Assembly: GCA_050258655.1 (NCBI GenBank)
Contig: JBLMZF010000082.1
Span: 1-53,073 of the forward strand
Direction of reading: 5' to 3'
DNA: 53,073 bases
Source: Deltaproteobacteria bacterium
Lineage (GTDB): Bacteria > Omnitrophota > Gorgyraeia > Gygaellales > Profunditerraquicolaceae
The position numbers were made by a program, and so were the translations under genes. Below the pieces are notes generated by a model that saw nothing but the letters and a program-made list of their open reading frames with translations, had not been told where the DNA came from and did not search any database. This document shows, one piece after another, positions 1 to 12,351 of this stretch. Positions within the stretch are counted from its first letter, which is position 1; each line of letters starts with the position of its first letter.

Positions 1-53
1 AGAGCGCTGCTGTCGGTACGCTTAGGTAACAGGTTCAAGTCCTGTCGCCCCTA
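1..53 (+). tRNA. 3' fragment of a tRNA-like gene (T-arm plus acceptor 3' strand), identity unknown
   Basis: T-stem acagg/cctgt (29-33/41-45) encloses the loop ttcaagt, matching the GGTTCAAGTCC T-loop consensus. It is followed by a 7-nt acceptor strand cgcccct and discriminator a. No CCA is encoded. The 5' half lies outside the window, so the anticodon is not visible. Confidence 0.45.
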
Positions 54-126
54 TAGATTTTACGCAAAAGGCTAAAAATCATCCCGAGCCAGCTATTAAA
101 ATTCCAAAAGTAATTTTCAGAGCTTT

Positions 127-443
127 TTGGCGAGGGACCAGTCCAATCCCCCACAGGAGCATTCTGTGGAAGGTAAAAAGGGCGTTCACGTCGTCTATCG
201 CGGCACGGTCCAGGGAGTCGGCTTCCGGTATACCGTCCGGCAGATAGCAGAAGGCCTCGGCGTCAACGGCTGGGTCAAGAACCTGTGGGACGGGAGCGTC
301 GAGGTCGAAGCCGAGGGCGAAGAATACACGCTCAAGAGGTTTCTCGGTGAGATAGGAGAGCATTTCTCCGGATACATCCGCGGCGCTGACGTCTCCTGGG
401 AGCCCTCGACCGACAGCTTCAAGGGTTTCACCGTCAAATTCTG

Positions 444-444
<1 letters not shown>
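127..444 (+). CDS. acyP: acylphosphatase
   Basis: Acylphosphatase signature VYRGTVQGVGFRY plus GWVKNLWDGSVEVEAEG. The ORF opens with TTG at 127. An in-frame GTG at 166 would give the usual ~92 aa. Confidence 0.8.
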
Positions 445-3641
<3,197 letters not shown>

Positions 3642-3645
<4 letters not shown>

Positions 3646-4262
3646 TCCTGGAAAAGGTCGTGGTCGGCCAGCTCGAGGTGAACTGTTACGTGCTGGCGGA
3701 GGCTCCGGGTAAAAAGGCGCTGATCATCGACCCGGGGGACGACGATGAGAAGATCATCGCGGCGCTGGAGCGCCACCACCTGGTGCCCGGCCTGGTAGTC
3801 AACACCCACGGCCATTACGACCATATCGGCTGCGACGACAGCTTCGGGGTGGACGTCTGCGTCCATTCGGCCGATGCGGCCATGCTCACGGAGCCCAAGC
3901 TGAACCTGTCCGTGGTGCTGGGCGATTTTTACAAGGTGCGCTCGAAGATCCGTCTGCTCAGTGACGGCCAGGAGATCGGTCTTGACGGACTGCTCCTGAA
4001 AGTCATACACACCCCCGGCCACACGCGGGGGGGCATAAGCCTGCTCCTGCAGAAGCCCCGGGGGAGGGTGCTGTTCTCCGGCGATACGCTTTTTTTCGCG
4101 GGCGTGGGGCGCGCGGACCTGTACGGGGGCGATGAGAAGCAGCTGATCCATTCGATCAGGGAAAAGCTCCTGGTGCTTGACCCTGAGACCGAGGTGTATC
4201 CCGGCCACGGCCCCGAGACATCGATAGGCAGGGAAAAGGAGAGGAACCCGTTCCTCGCATGA
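3642..4262 (+). CDS. MBL-fold metallo-hydrolase (glyoxalase II-like)
   Basis: HxHxDH motif NTHGHYDHIG, followed by HTPGHT and GD..F motifs. 206 aa. Confidence 0.85.
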
Positions 4263-4272
4263 CGGCTGACCG

Positions 4273-5160
4273 ATGCAGGACCTGATCACCGCATTTCTAG
4301 ATTACCTTTCTGTCGAACGCGGGCTTTCGCGCAACACGATCGAGTCGTACCGCGAGGACCTGGAGCAGTTCGCCGCCTTCTGCGAAGACCGCAAGACTTC
4401 CAGCATGGGCTCTCTTTCCCGCGGCGATGTCACCGATTTCATGTTCAGCCAGAAAGAACAGGGGATATCGCCTAACTCGATCGCCCGCAGGCTTTCCTGC
4501 CTGCGCATGTTCTTCCGGTTCCTGGTCAGGGAACGCATCATCAAGAACGACCCGACAGGACTTATCGATTCCCCCAAACTGTGGAAGAAAGTCCCGGACA
4601 CGCTTTCGTTCAACGAGGTCGAAGCGCTCCTTGCCCAGCCCAGCACGCGCAAGCCGCAGGGCATCAGGGACAGGGCGATCCTCGAGACGCTTTACGCGAC
4701 GGGGATGCGTGTCTCCGAGGCCGCGGGCCTCCTGAAAGACAACGCCAATCTCGATGTCGGTTTCATCAGGTGCGTGGGCAAGGGCAACAAGGAGCGTATC
4801 GTGCCGCTGGGGAGGAAGGCGGTCGAGAGCATCGAGCGTTATCTGACGGCCGCCCGTCCCGGATTCCTCAACGGGAAACAGAGCGAATTCCTCTTCCTGA
4901 GCAGGCTGGGAAAGCGCCTTTCCCGGCAGTCACTCTGGAAGCTCATCAAGTTCTACGCGAAAGAGGCCAGGATAAAGAAGCCGATCAAGCCTCATATCCT
5001 GCGCCACTCGTTCGCGACGCACCTGCTCGAACACGGCGCTGACCTGCGTTCCGTTCAGGAGATGCTCGGCCATGCCAACATCTCCACCACGCAGATATAC
5101 ACGCACGTGAACAAGGACAGGCTCAAGTCAGTCCATAAGATGTTCCATCCGAGGCCCTGA
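4273..5160 (+). CDS. xerD: site-specific tyrosine recombinase XerD/XerC family
   Basis: ATGMRVSE, GKGNKERIVPLG, HILRHSFATHLLEHGADLRSVQEMLGHANISTTQIYTHV (R..HxxR..Y catalytic set). The XerD versus XerC assignment is by resemblance only. Confidence 0.7.
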   Translation: MQDLITAFLDYLSVERGLSRNTIESYREDLEQFAAFCEDRKTSSMGSLSRGDVTDFMFSQKEQGISPNSIARRLSCLRMFFRFLVRERIIKNDPTGLIDSPKLWKKVPDTLSFNEVEALLAQPSTRKPQGIRDRAILETLYATGMRVSEAAGLLKDNANLDVGFIRCVGKGNKERIVPLGRKAVESIERYLTAARPGFLNGKQSEFLFLSRLGKRLSRQSLWKLIKFYAKEARIKKPIKPHILRHSFATHLLEHGADLRSVQEMLGHANISTTQIYTHVNKDRLKSVHKMFHPRP

Positions 5161-5161
5161 A

Positions 5162-6421
5162 ATGGAGAGACACCTTAAGCGTCTGCCGGAAGACATGCGT
5201 TCCCTGATCTGCAGGGCGGGGGATGTTTCGCGCCGCACGGGCGACAAGGCGTTCCTGGTCGGCGGTTTCGTGCGCGATCTTGTCCTCGGTGTCAGGGACT
5301 ACGACCTTGATATCGCGATCGAAGGCGACGGGATCGGTTTCGCCTCCGATTTCGCGGGCACGGGGAGGCTGATAACGCACAAGAGGTTCGGGACGGCTAC
5401 CGTTGTCCTGGATGACCATAAGGTAGATTTTGCGAGCACCCGGAAGGAGACATATCCTCAGCCCGCGGCGCTGCCTGTCGTCTCTCCCGGCTTGCTCAGG
5501 GACGACCTGTTCCGCAGGGATTTCACCATCAATACGCTGGCGGTCGGGCTTTCAGGGGGCTCGTTCGGCGAACTGATCGACCTGTTCGGCGGCAAGGAGG
5601 ATATCGGCGCCGGGATCATCCGCGTGCTCCATGACCGCAGTTTCATCGACGATCCGACGAGGATACTGCGCGCGGTGCGTTTCGAGCAGAGGTACGGCTT
5701 CAGGATCGAACCGCATACGCTGCGGCTGCTGCGCGGGGCGGTGAAGGAAGGGATGCTGCTGCGCGTCCAGCCCCAGCGCCTGCGCGACGAACTGCTGCTG
5801 ATGCTCAAGGAGGAGAAACCTGTCAGGGCCCTTTCCCGGCTTAACGAACTTGCCGGTTTCGATTTTCTGAGCCCCGGTATCAGATGGCGGCCCGCTCTTT
5901 TCGCCCGTATCAGTGAGACCGCAGAACGGTTCCGGGAACACTGCCGGCCGCGCAGGCACCTCGAGGAATGGGTGATGTACCTGGCGGCCCTGTTCGACGG
6001 CCTGACCGTCGCGCAGGCGCAGGCGGTGTGCCTGCGGTACGGCCTTGGGAAAAGCGAACGGACCAGGGTACTTGAATACCTGAGGGTCAGGAAACACGTG
6101 ACGAGAGCGCTGTCGAAGCGCGTGGTGGCGCGCAGCGGACTGTTCGGCCTGCTGGAGCCTCTCCCTTACGAGGTGATACTCCTGATCAAGGCCGAAAGCG
6201 GTCCGGTCGTCGGCAGGCGTATCGAGGAGTTCTTCAGCGACTGCCACGGGGTCTGCGTCGCGGTTTCGGGACATGACCTCAAACAGATGGGCATCGAGCC
6301 CGGGCCGGAGTATCAGCGTATCTTCAAGCGTCTGCTCGAGGCAAAGCTCAACGGCAGGATCAGTACCAAAAGCGAAGAGATGGAGCTTATCGGCAGGATG
6401 AGAAAGAAAGGAAGCCCGTAA
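5162..6421 (+). CDS. CCA-adding enzyme / poly(A) polymerase family nucleotidyltransferase
   Basis: PolyA_pol head motif FLVGGFVRDLVLG..DYDLDIAIEG and RDFTINTLA. 419 aa. Confidence 0.7.
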   Translation: MERHLKRLPEDMRSLICRAGDVSRRTGDKAFLVGGFVRDLVLGVRDYDLDIAIEGDGIGFASDFAGTGRLITHKRFGTATVVLDDHKVDFASTRKETYPQPAALPVVSPGLLRDDLFRRDFTINTLAVGLSGGSFGELIDLFGGKEDIGAGIIRVLHDRSFIDDPTRILRAVRFEQRYGFRIEPHTLRLLRGAVKEGMLLRVQPQRLRDELLLMLKEEKPVRALSRLNELAGFDFLSPGIRWRPALFARISETAERFREHCRPRRHLEEWVMYLAALFDGLTVAQAQAVCLRYGLGKSERTRVLEYLRVRKHVTRALSKRVVARSGLFGLLEPLPYEVILLIKAESGPVVGRRIEEFFSDCHGVCVAVSGHDLKQMGIEPGPEYQRIFKRLLEAKLNGRISTKSEEMELIGRMRKKGSP

Positions 6422-6801
6422 TGAGAAAAGACAAGGTTCAGGACGCGATACAGAAAGAGGTCAGCGCGATCATCCGGGACGAGCTCAAGGACCCGCGCCT
6501 CGGTTTTGTCACCATAACGAGCGTCGAGGTCTCCGACGACCTGCGCCACGCCAAGATCTTCTTCAGCGTGCTCGGTAAGGAAGAGCAATACAAGAAGACG
6601 AAGGAGGCGCTTGAATCGGGGCTGGGGTATATACGGAAGCTGCTTGCCGAGCGGATACAGCTGAGGTTCGCTCCGGAGATCATGTTCCGCGAGGACAAGT
6701 CCACGCAGTACAGCGTCAGGATAGAGGAAGTGCTCAACGAAATAAAGAAGCTCGAGAAAGACCACGAGAAGAAGGACGGGCAAAAAAGCGAGGGGACATG
6801 A
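6421..6801 (+). CDS. rbfA: ribosome-binding factor A
   Basis: IRDELKDPRLGFVTITSVEVSDDLRHAKIFFSVLG is the typical RbfA core. Synteny with ribF supports the call. Confidence 0.9.
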   Translation: MRKDKVQDAIQKEVSAIIRDELKDPRLGFVTITSVEVSDDLRHAKIFFSVLGKEEQYKKTKEALESGLGYIRKLLAERIQLRFAPEIMFREDKSTQYSVRIEEVLNEIKKLEKDHEKKDGQKSEGT

Positions 6802-7781
6802 GCCTTGAAAAGGTGGTGAAGATCATTCGCGAAAGACGCAGTTTCCTGGTCACCGTCCACACGAACCTCGACGGGGACGCGCTGGGCTCCGAGCTCGCGT
6901 TCGCCCGGCTCCTCAAGAAACTGGGGAAAACGGCCCTGTGCGTCAACGACGACCACATCCCCTACGGATACGATTTTCTCCCGGGGGTCGGGTCGATCCG
7001 GCAGTACCGGCAGGGGATGAAGCTGCCGCGTTTTGACTGCGCGGCCGTCCTGGACTGTTCCGACATGAGCAGGACAGGACAGGTCAACACGCTCGACCTG
7101 AGCGGTGTTCCCGTGATCAACATCGACCACCATGTCAGCAACGCCGGCTTCGGCACCGTCAACTGGGTAGACCCGGGCGCCTGCTGTTCCTGCGAGCTGG
7201 TCTTCCGTCTTTTCAAGCGCATGCGCGTGCGCATCGACAGGCAGGCCGCACTGGCGCTCTACACGGGTATCCTGACCGATACGGGTTCCTTCAGGTACTC
7301 CAATACCCGCCCCTGCACCCATCAGATGGCCTCCGAGCTCCTGGCGACAGGTATCGACGCGTCCGCGGTGTACAAGAAGATCTACTCGAGTGTCCCGTAC
7401 GACGACATGAAACTGCTCAGCCGTATCCTCCCGACGATGCAGAAGGACCCGCGCGGGAAGGTGATCTGGTTCGAACTGCCGAAAGAGCTGCTCGAGGGGA
7501 GGGGGGCGGTCTCATTCGACCTCTCGGAGAGCATCCTTAACTTCGCGCGTTCCGTCAAGGGCGTGGAAGTGGTGGTGCTTTTCAAGGAGAACATGACCCC
7601 TCATAGCGGAGTGCGCGTGAACTTCAGGTCGCAGGGCAAGGCCGACGTGAACAGGATCGCCGGTATTTTCGGCGGCGGCGGTCACCGGACCGCGGCAGGA
7701 GCCACCTTCCATGACAAGACCATCGACCAGGTGAAACGCAGGGTGCTGGACGCCGTCCAGTCGGAGATCGCGCGTTCATGA
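6798..7781 (+). CDS. nrnA: DHH/DHHA1 phosphoesterase (NrnA-like oligoribonuclease/pAp phosphatase)
   Basis: Motifs HTNLDGDALGS, NIDHH and GGGGHRTAAG. ATGA overlaps on both sides. Confidence 0.8.
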   Translation: MSLEKVVKIIRERRSFLVTVHTNLDGDALGSELAFARLLKKLGKTALCVNDDHIPYGYDFLPGVGSIRQYRQGMKLPRFDCAAVLDCSDMSRTGQVNTLDLSGVPVINIDHHVSNAGFGTVNWVDPGACCSCELVFRLFKRMRVRIDRQAALALYTGILTDTGSFRYSNTRPCTHQMASELLATGIDASAVYKKIYSSVPYDDMKLLSRILPTMQKDPRGKVIWFELPKELLEGRGAVSFDLSESILNFARSVKGVEVVVLFKENMTPHSGVRVNFRSQGKADVNRIAGIFGGGGHRTAAGATFHDKTIDQVKRRVLDAVQSEIARS

Positions 7782-8686
7782 AGACCGTCCGCGGAATAGC
7801 GGCTGCCGGCGGCTGGAAGTCGCCGGTCGTCGCCATAGGCGTCTTCGACGGTCTCCATAAGGGCCACAAGCGGATCCTGGAGACCTGTGTTTCCATCGCG
7901 CGCAGGACCGGCGGCACCAGCGTCGTCCTTACGTTCTGGCCTCACCCCCAATCGCAAGACAGTATCTATTCGCTCGACCACCGGCTTGCCATCATCGGGC
8001 GTTTGGGCATCGACATATGCGTCGTGGTCAGGCTGGACAGGGCCTTCGCGTCGATGACCGCCCGGCAGTTCATCGAACGGGTGCTCAAGGGGCGCATGGC
8101 GGCGCGGTGGGTCCTGGTGGGGGCGAATTTCAGGTTCGGCAGGGGGCTGGGCGGCAGCGTCTCGACGCTGAAAGAATTCTCCTCTTCCTGCGGTTACCGC
8201 CTGAAGGTGTTCCCCGTCATGCGTTCCGGGGGGAAACCGATCAGCAGCACGCGTATCCGGCGGTGCATCTCCACGGGGCGGCTCGAGGAAGCACGCCGCC
8301 TTCTCGGCAGGAGGGTAAGCATCTTCGGTACGGTGGCCGGCGGGAACGCTATCGGCAGGACCCTGGGCTATCCGACGGCTAATATCCTTCCCCGCCACGA
8401 GGTCCTGCCTCCCGACGGCATCTATGCCGCCAAGGCGTCGGTCGACGGCAGGAAATTTCCCGCGATCCTCTACAAGGGAAAACGTCCCACGTTCGAGCGG
8501 GAGGGACTTCCCCCGACGGTGGAAGTGCATCTGCTGCGTTTCTCAGGTGATCTCTACGGCAAGACGATGGAGGTCTCTTTCTATAAGAAACTGCGTGATG
8601 AAAAGAAGTTCTCCTCGCCCCAGGCGCTGGGCCGCGCGATAGCAAGGGACATAGCCGCGGCAAGACGCATCCTTCGCTCCTCCTGA
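7778..8686 (+). CDS. ribF: bifunctional riboflavin kinase / FMN adenylyltransferase
   Basis: GVFDGLHKGH nucleotidyltransferase motif and a C-terminal riboflavin kinase region (GYPTANI, VEVHLL.F.GDLYG). Confidence 0.9.
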   Translation: MKTVRGIAAAGGWKSPVVAIGVFDGLHKGHKRILETCVSIARRTGGTSVVLTFWPHPQSQDSIYSLDHRLAIIGRLGIDICVVVRLDRAFASMTARQFIERVLKGRMAARWVLVGANFRFGRGLGGSVSTLKEFSSSCGYRLKVFPVMRSGGKPISSTRIRRCISTGRLEEARRLLGRRVSIFGTVAGGNAIGRTLGYPTANILPRHEVLPPDGIYAAKASVDGRKFPAILYKGKRPTFEREGLPPTVEVHLLRFSGDLYGKTMEVSFYKKLRDEKKFSSPQALGRAIARDIAAARRILRSS

Positions 8687-8782
8687 AGTTCCTCTCAAGT
8701 CCACAACCCGTATACGTATTATTTATCCTTACCACTAAGGCTAGTAGCATAAAAATATACCCTTTTTAACGCTTATTTTATC

Positions 8783-8811
8783 TTGACAAGGGGAGTGTTA
8801 TTGCCTATACT
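8783..8811 (+). promoter_or_regulatory. sigma70-type promoter of the dcw operon (Pmra)
   Basis: TTGACA (8783-8788), 17-nt spacer, TATACT (8806-8811). An A/T-rich tract lies upstream, and the promoter sits 68 nt before the mraZ ATG. Confidence 0.65.
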
Positions 8812-8819
8812 TATCATCG

Positions 8820-8846
8820 AAGTGGAATAAAGTGGAGCGAAGTGGA
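8820..8846 (+). promoter_or_regulatory. putative MraZ operator: three direct AAGTGGA repeats with exact 10-nt phasing
   Basis: AAGTGGA occurs at 8820-8826, 8830-8836 and 8840-8846, between the -10 box and mraZ. This matches the known MraZ-box logic of three GTG-containing direct repeats on one helical face. Confidence 0.7.
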
Positions 8847-8878
8847 GCAGCTCCCTTTTCACTATATTTTTTATCTAT

Positions 8879-9319
8879 ATGTTCTACGGCGAATTTTTCC
8901 ATTCTGTCGACAGGAAAGGGCGGATCATCATGCCCTCGAAATTCCGCGAGGCGGCGAAGGGGAATTTCATCGAGAAATTCTTCGTGACCCGCGGTCTCGA
9001 CAAATGTCTTTTCATGTTCCCTGAAGAAGAGTGGAAGACGCAGGAAGCCAAGTTCAGGGCCATCCCGTTCACGAAACAGGAATCGAGGGTCTTCAACCGT
9101 CTGTTCTTCTCCGGCGCGGCCGAGATCATCCCCGACAAGCAGGGGAGAATCCTGCTGCCGCAGTACCTGAAGGATTTCGCGGAGCTCAAGAAGGATATCG
9201 TGGTCGTGGGCGTCTCCAGCAGGATCGAGATCTGGGGGCAGGAGACCTGGAAACAGTTCTACGGCACCTGGCGCCCGTCCTTTGAAGAGATCGCCGAAAA
9301 GCTTATAGAGAACCAATAA
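8879..9319 (+). CDS. mraZ: transcriptional regulator MraZ
   Basis: MFYGEFFHSVDRKGRIIMPSKFR and a second DxxGR repeat (DKQGRILLPQYL). First gene of the dcw cluster. Confidence 0.95.
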   Translation: MFYGEFFHSVDRKGRIIMPSKFREAAKGNFIEKFFVTRGLDKCLFMFPEEEWKTQEAKFRAIPFTKQESRVFNRLFFSGAAEIIPDKQGRILLPQYLKDFAELKKDIVVVGVSSRIEIWGQETWKQFYGTWRPSFEEIAEKLIENQ

Positions 9320-10239
9320 TGGTAGATACCGTGAAAAGACCGCACATACCAGTGATGCTCGAAGAAGTGCTGGCATACCTTGACCCGAAGCCCGGCCAGA
9401 CGATCGTGGACGGAACGGTGGGTATGGGGGGGCACAGCCGGGCGATACTCGAGCGTATCGGCGCCACCGGTACGCTTGTCGCCATCGACAGGGACGAGGA
9501 CTCTCTGGCGCAGGCACGCGAGAATCTCCACGGCCTTGCCGGGAACACCCATTTCGTCCACGGCAATTTTTCGGACCTCGATACGATTTTAAAAGAGTTG
9601 CATATTGACGGGATTGACGGTATACTTTTGGATTTAGGGATATCCTCGTACCAGTTGATGGACCCGGAGCGGGGTTTCAGCTTCCAGGAAGAGGGGCCGC
9701 TCGACATGCGGCTCGACCGGGCAAGCTACATCTCCGCGTACGACCTGATCAACAACCTCAACGAGGATGAGATATCGAACCTGCTCTGGTCATTCGGGCA
9801 GGAACGGTGGCATAACCGTATCGCGCGCCGGGTCGTGCAGGAGCGCGAACACCATCCCATAACGACAACTACGGAACTGCGCGAGATAGTGATGCAGTCG
9901 ATCCCCGCGCGGTTCCGCCGCCACCATTACCGTATACACCCGGCGACGAGGACTTTCCAGGCGGTGCGCATCGCCGTCAACCGGGAGCTCGAAGTCCTCG
10001 AGTCGGCGGTGGACAAGGCTATCGACGCGCTCAAAACGGGCGGAAGGATATGCGTCATTTCGTTCCATTCTCTAGAAGACAGGATCGTGAAGCTCAGGTT
10101 CCGCGAGGCGGCGCACGGGGGAAAGATCAAGCTGCTCACCAAGAAACCCCTCGAGCCTTCGTCAGCGGAGGCCGCGCGGAATCCCTCAAGCCGGAGCAGC
10201 AAGTTCAGGGCTGCCGAACGATCACAGGGGGCGGCATGA
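9319..10239 (+). CDS. rsmH: 16S rRNA (cytosine1402-N4)-methyltransferase
   Basis: HIPVMLEEVL, DGTVGMGGHS, DLGISSYQL, SFHSLEDRIVK. Confidence 0.95.
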   Translation: MVDTVKRPHIPVMLEEVLAYLDPKPGQTIVDGTVGMGGHSRAILERIGATGTLVAIDRDEDSLAQARENLHGLAGNTHFVHGNFSDLDTILKELHIDGIDGILLDLGISSYQLMDPERGFSFQEEGPLDMRLDRASYISAYDLINNLNEDEISNLLWSFGQERWHNRIARRVVQEREHHPITTTTELREIVMQSIPARFRRHHYRIHPATRTFQAVRIAVNRELEVLESAVDKAIDALKTGGRICVISFHSLEDRIVKLRFREAAHGGKIKLLTKKPLEPSSAEAARNPSSRSSKFRAAERSQGAA

Positions 10240-10625
10240 GACTGGAAAAATTCATGCTGATAGTCATCGCCGCGACCGCGTTCTCACTGATCTATGTCTA
10301 TCAGCAGACGGAGATATTCCGCCTCGCCTACGACGGCCAGAAGAACACCAAGAAGTTCCAGGCCCTCCTCGACACGAATTCCAACCTGCGCTACAGCTTC
10401 AAGCAGAAGACCTCTCTCGTCTCCATCGGGAACAAGATATCCGGACAGGACTTTACCATGCCCGAGAACTACTGCCTGGTGAAGCTCGATCCGGCGTACA
10501 GCCTGGTCAAGGCGGACAGGCCGGTGAAGAGGGAGACGATGGTCTCAAAGCTGTTCAATATCAAACGGCAGGCGGAAGCGAAGACCCTGGGTTCTCCATT
10601 AACATTCGGGCTCAACTCCCGGTAG
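10236..10625 (+). CDS. ftsL: cell division protein FtsL-like (single-pass membrane protein)
   Basis: ATGA overlap with rsmH. It has one N-terminal TM helix (FMLIVIAATAFSLIYVY) and sits between rsmH and ftsI. The ORF-track 5' extension to 10050 overlaps rsmH and is not used. Confidence 0.55.
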   Translation: MRLEKFMLIVIAATAFSLIYVYQQTEIFRLAYDGQKNTKKFQALLDTNSNLRYSFKQKTSLVSIGNKISGQDFTMPENYCLVKLDPAYSLVKADRPVKRETMVSKLFNIKRQAEAKTLGSPLTFGLNSR

Positions 10626-10650
10626 AAGCCCTCAACTCACCGCTCATTTC

Positions 10651-12351
10651 GTGTACATAGCCAACTACAGCCGCCGTACAAAGGCGGTATTTCTTTTATC
10701 CTTCGTCTTTTTCGCCTTCGCGCTGCTCCGTCTTCTCTATATACAGTTCTTCCGCTCCAGCTACCTTGAAGAGATCGCCGCGAAGCAGCACAACTGCTTC
10801 ATGGAGCTGGAGCCGCGCCGCGGAACGATCTTCGACCGCAACCTCAATCCCCAGGCCGTGAACCTGCCCTGCGATTCAGTCTTCGCCTCCCCAATAGAGA
10901 TGAAGGATGACGATAAGGAGTCCGTCATGCGGCAGGTCATGGAGACCCTCAAGCTTGATCATTCGTTCCTCAAGAACAGGTTCTCGCGCCGTAAATCGTT
11001 CGTGTGGCTGGCCCGAAAGGTGAACCAGAACCAGGCCGAGGCCCTGCGCGTGCTCAAGCTCAAGGGCATCGGTTTCGTCAAGGAAAGCAAGAGGTGCTAT
11101 CCCAACAGCTACCTGACCAGCCAGATCATCGGGTTCGCCGGGCTTGACAACGTGGGGCTGGAGGGAATGGAGCTCTATTACGACCGGTATCTTAGAGGAA
11201 AGGCCGGCAACGCCATCGTCTTGCGCGACGCCCGCAGTACTAAGCTCGATATCTATGGGAAGACGGAGATGCCGGAGGACGGCAAGGACATCGTCCTGAC
11301 CATAGACGAGATGGTGCAGTACATCGCGGAGCGCGAACTGGACAAGGCCTTCAGGTCCTCCCGGGCGAAGGGGGCGACGATCGTCGTCATGGACCCGAAG
11401 ACCGGGCAGATACTGGCGATGGCCAGCCGCCCGACGTTTGACTGCAACGCGTACAAGGGCGTCAACAAGGAGCAGATCAGGAACCGGGCGATCTGCGATA
11501 TGTTCGAGCCCGGTTCCGTCTTCAAGATCGTGACCGCGGCCGCTGTAATAGAGGAAGGCAAGTTCAGCGAGCAGGACAAGATCTTCTGCGAGAACGGCGA
11601 GTGGCATTACGGGAACGGGAAACGCTCGCTCCATGACCACACCGCGCACGGCTGGCTCACGTTCCAGGAGGTCATCGAGAATTCCAGCAATATCGGCACC
11701 TGCAAGGCCGCCGTGAAGCTCGGGGCGCAGCGGATGTACAAATACATCAAGGCGTTCGGTTTCGGGCAGAAGACCGGGATCGAGTTCCCGGGGGAGATAA
11801 ACGGGATAGTGCCGGACATCAAGAACTGGTCCGGGGCGTCCATCTATAACATCCCTATGGGCCAGGGTATCGGGGTCAGCGCTATCCAGCTTGCCGGCGC
11901 CCTGTCCGTCATAGCCAACGGCGGAACGCTGATGAAGCCGTACATCGTCATGGAAATACGCGACAAGAGCGGGAAGATAGAAAAGGCTTATTCACCGACC
12001 CCGGTGCGCACCGTTATCTCGTCCGATACCGCCGCTCGCGTGCGCAAGATCCTTGTCGGGGTCATCGAGAACGGGACCGGGAAGCTCGCCAAATCGCAGG
12101 AATTCACCGCGGGAGGCAAGACCGGCACCGCCCAGAAGATAGAATCCAACGGCACCTATTCGCATTCGAAGTTCAACGCTTCCTTTGTCGGTTTCGCCCC
12201 CGCTGAAGACCCGCAGGTGGTGATCGCGGTGATCATCGACGAACCGAGGGGCTTCTACTACGGGGGGGTGATATCCGCTCCCGTCTTCAAGAACGTGGCG
12301 GGGGATGTCCTCAAGTATCTTAAGAGCAGGCAGGAACTGCAATCAGAATGA
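10651..12351 (+). CDS. ftsI: peptidoglycan D,D-transpeptidase FtsI (class B PBP3)
   Basis: N-terminal TM and PBP dimerisation region. Motifs SxxK (GSVFKIV), SxN (NSSNIG) and KTGT (GGKTGTAQ). GTG start, dcw position. Confidence 0.85.
   Translation: MYIANYSRRTKAVFLLSFVFFAFALLRLLYIQFFRSSYLEEIAAKQHNCFMELEPRRGTIFDRNLNPQAVNLPCDSVFASPIEMKDDDKESVMRQVMETLKLDHSFLKNRFSRRKSFVWLARKVNQNQAEALRVLKLKGIGFVKESKRCYPNSYLTSQIIGFAGLDNVGLEGMELYYDRYLRGKAGNAIVLRDARSTKLDIYGKTEMPEDGKDIVLTIDEMVQYIAERELDKAFRSSRAKGATIVVMDPKTGQILAMASRPTFDCNAYKGVNKEQIRNRAICDMFEPGSVFKIVTAAAVIEEGKFSEQDKIFCENGEWHYGNGKRSLHDHTAHGWLTFQEVIENSSNIGTCKAAVKLGAQRMYKYIKAFGFGQKTGIEFPGEINGIVPDIKNWSGASIYNIPMGQGIGVSAIQLAGALSVIANGGTLMKPYIVMEIRDKSGKIEKAYSPTPVRTVISSDTAARVRKILVGVIENGTGKLAKSQEFTAGGKTGTAQKIESNGTYSHSKFNASFVGFAPAEDPQVVIAVIIDEPRGFYYGGVISAPVFKNVAGDVLKYLKSRQELQSE

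Noticed and set aside
1-53. Possibility that the T-arm/acceptor fragment at the window start is the 3' end of tmRNA.
   Set aside because: The acceptor 3' strand cgcccct implies a 5' AGGGGCG without the G3:U70 pair needed for alanylation. The upstream sequence does not resemble a tmRNA 3' region. It is kept as an unidentified tRNA-like 3' end with an unusually long preceding hairpin.
4273-5160. Tyrosine recombinase considered as a marker of an integrated mobile element.
   Set aside because: The sequence is XerD-like housekeeping type. It has no flanking direct repeats, no tRNA-adjacent att-like duplication, and no compositional shift or cargo genes around it.
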